NCBI GenBank assembly: GCA_035221665.1
Contig: CM069135.1
Span: 39,742,001 to 39,806,000, forward strand
Origin: Okamejei kenojei
Lineage: Eukaryota
Reading direction: 5' to 3'
Length of the DNA stretch: 64,000 bases
Positions 61,901 to 64,000 of this stretch are shown piece after piece. The position numbers and the translations under genes were made by a program. The notes under the pieces are model-generated. The model saw nothing but the letters and a program-made list of their open reading frames with translations. It did no database searches and had not been told where the DNA came from. Position 1 is the first letter of the stretch. Each line of letters starts with the position of its first letter.

Positions 61901-63398
61901 TTTGTGAATCTTTGAAACAGTTCCTCAATATCTCTGATCATTAATGAATAGGCCTTTATACTGCACAAGCTGTCATAAGGCTATCGGGGCGATCTACTGC
62001 ACCTGTGTGAGGATCTTGATTCTGGCACTGGTCCTGGTTGCTTGTGGTCTTCAGTCTGTGGAAGGGTTGCAACACTGAGGGGAGTAAGGCTTGAGAGGGC
62101 TGCATGGGGGTTAAAGGCTTGTGTGGTCACGTGCATCCTGTGAGATGAAAATAAAGGGCAAGGGTTTGTGGCCCAGGTCAAGTGTGATCTGGCCTGATCG
62201 ATCCTTCTCAACATATGGTGCCTCAAACCAAATGAATTACTCCCAAATGGGTCTAACCAATGTCACTTGTACAATGCAGTTGTATTTTTCAGGTTTTGAC
62301 ATTCTTCGAATAATCATTTGTTAGCTTCTGTCATAAACTGAACTGGAAATCTTATTGATAAAGGAGTTAATAACCTTGAATATGATAATTTTAAAGATCG
62401 GGAGAGGGAAAGTATTATTGCCACCTAAATCTTGAGAGTAAACAATTCTCTCCAGAGTTATTCTGCCCCAATATTTTGGCAAAATAAATCACACTCTTGA
62501 CGGGATGACAATCTATCAGCATTCCAAATCCCGGACAATGTGGGTCCTACACTTCTTCCAGTGCCCTTGTACTTTGTCTGAGCACTTGCTCTGTGCTGGT
62601 CACCACCAATGTAAAGGTACATTAACCAGCAGGAAAGCTTCCTTCCAGCTATCCATTTGTATGTTAAATATTGCTCCTGTCATCTATCCCGGGTGCAGAA
62701 GATCCCATGATAAAAAGTGGAGATTATCCCCAGTGTTCTGACCAATATTTCTCCCTCGGCTAGCAGTTTATCTGGTCTAGCTTGTTGCTATGTAAGGAAG
62801 ATCGTTGCGAACAATGAAAAAAAACCCACTGCATTTCATGTGTTGCTGCACTTCACTGGTTGTGAAGCACTTCGGGACTGGAAAGGAAATAAAGGCACAT
62901 AAAAATGCAAATCATTCAAAACTAATGAGACTAGTGTTTATAGGCGAGCTGGTGCTTTACAACACCTGTCGCTTTACTACTTTCTATGTACCTTTTTGGT
63001 ATAGTGCACCACTGCAAAGTTCGCTCAGTCAGTAAAGAACGATCTGCTGCCTTTGCATTTTAGTTGCTCTTTGTCTTGAATCTAACGTGGGCACAGACAT
63101 GAGTGGTGTCATGGGTTGTGTTGAGGACTGAGGATGAATTGGGGCAGAAATTATGATAAAATGGAACTGGGGATGTTGCCACAAAAGAAAGGAAGAGAGT
63201 ACTGAACAGGAGGCAGGAGGGACAAGGGAGCTTTTTATGATTTTACTAAGGAGCTATGAACAGGATCATTTCTATTGTGGCCTATTGTGCTTTGTCAGCT
63301 GTTTCAGTACCAGTTTGCACTTAGACTTGTCTGTGGATAACTTTCTCAATGGCTGGTAAAGTTCTTGACAACATTCTATGCCTTTCTATTGCCATAAG

Positions 63399-63677
63399 GG
63401 CAGTACAATGGCACAGCAGTAGAGTTGCTGGCTTATGCCACCAGACCACGGGTACTGTCTGTATGGAGTTGGTATGTTCTACTGTGACCTCATGGGTTTT
63501 CTTTGGGTGCTCCGGTTTCCTCCCACACTCCAAAGATGTACAGGTTTGTAGGTGAATTGGCTTTGGTACAAATTGTAAATTGTCCCGAGTGTGTTGGATG
63601 GTGCTAGTGTATGGGGTGATCGCTGGTCAGCACGGACTCAGTGGGCCAAATGGCCTGTTTCCCGTGCTGTATCTAAA
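63399..63677 (+). mobile_element. V-SINE (HE1-like)
   Basis: CTCCGGTTTCCTCCCACACTCCAAAGA V-domain; tail GTGGGCCAAATGGCCTGTTTCCCGTGCTGTATCTAAA. Confidence 0.9.
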
Positions 63678-63738
63678 TGCTCATCAACAACCTCTTTCGG
63701 CCCATAACCACATTAACAAGGTCATTAAGACACTCAAA

Positions 63739-63836
63739 ACCAAATGAAACACCCCCATTGCATAGAAACATAGAATGGCTAGCACCAAATGAACCCCCCC
63801 CCCCATTACATAGACACATAGTGTGGCTAGCACCAA
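63739..63836. repeat. Two-copy ~46-bp tandem repeat
   Basis: CCAAATGAA(C)nATT(G/A)CATAGA(A/C)ACATAG..TGGCTAGCA twice. Confidence 0.8.
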
Positions 63837-64000
63837 CTACACTAACTCTAGATGTAGTTTCTTTTTTCTTCTTGCACTTTATTAACTTTTTATTTTCTTA
63901 CTTTCTGTATTTTTTACTTAATTACTATTTTGAATGAATTCAATTATGAATATTATTTGTGGAGATATGTCCGGGAGGAAGATTTATTAGATTTAAAACT

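Noticed and set aside
63739-63836. CRISPR-like repeat array
   Set aside because: Only two tandem units, no unique spacers, eukaryotic context, no cas genes.

Overview
This is a eukaryotic, repeat-dense intronic or intergenic region with no recognisable host gene. The repeat repertoire points to a cartilaginous fish, probably a skate or ray (inference): HE1-type V-SINEs, CR1/HER1-type LINEs with an SGNH-esterase ORF1, Penelope-like elements (PLEs) carrying minimal hammerhead motifs, Rex1/Babar LINEs, Gypsy LTR elements, a Tc1 transposon and a Harbinger-like MITE. Most ORFs in the track are transposon fragments or antisense/low-complexity artefacts. The main highlight is a young 2.1-kb Gypsy derivative (3006-5116) with near-identical LTRs and a TSD. 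Its primer-binding site continues as a ~50-nt reverse copy of tRNA-Leu, fused in frame to the RNase H end and integrase, apparently a fossil of RT read-through of the primer tRNA followed by a template switch. Other highlights: a second integrase-only LTR element from another Gypsy lineage (42386-44155); about ten hammerhead-bearing PLE termini; a GC-rich insertion with a 31-bp hairpin and little or no TSD (34743-35752); a multi-layer nested TE cluster (32.3-44.2 kb); and a few unassigned exon-like segments. Coordinates were read by eye; boundaries of old degenerate repeats are approximate.
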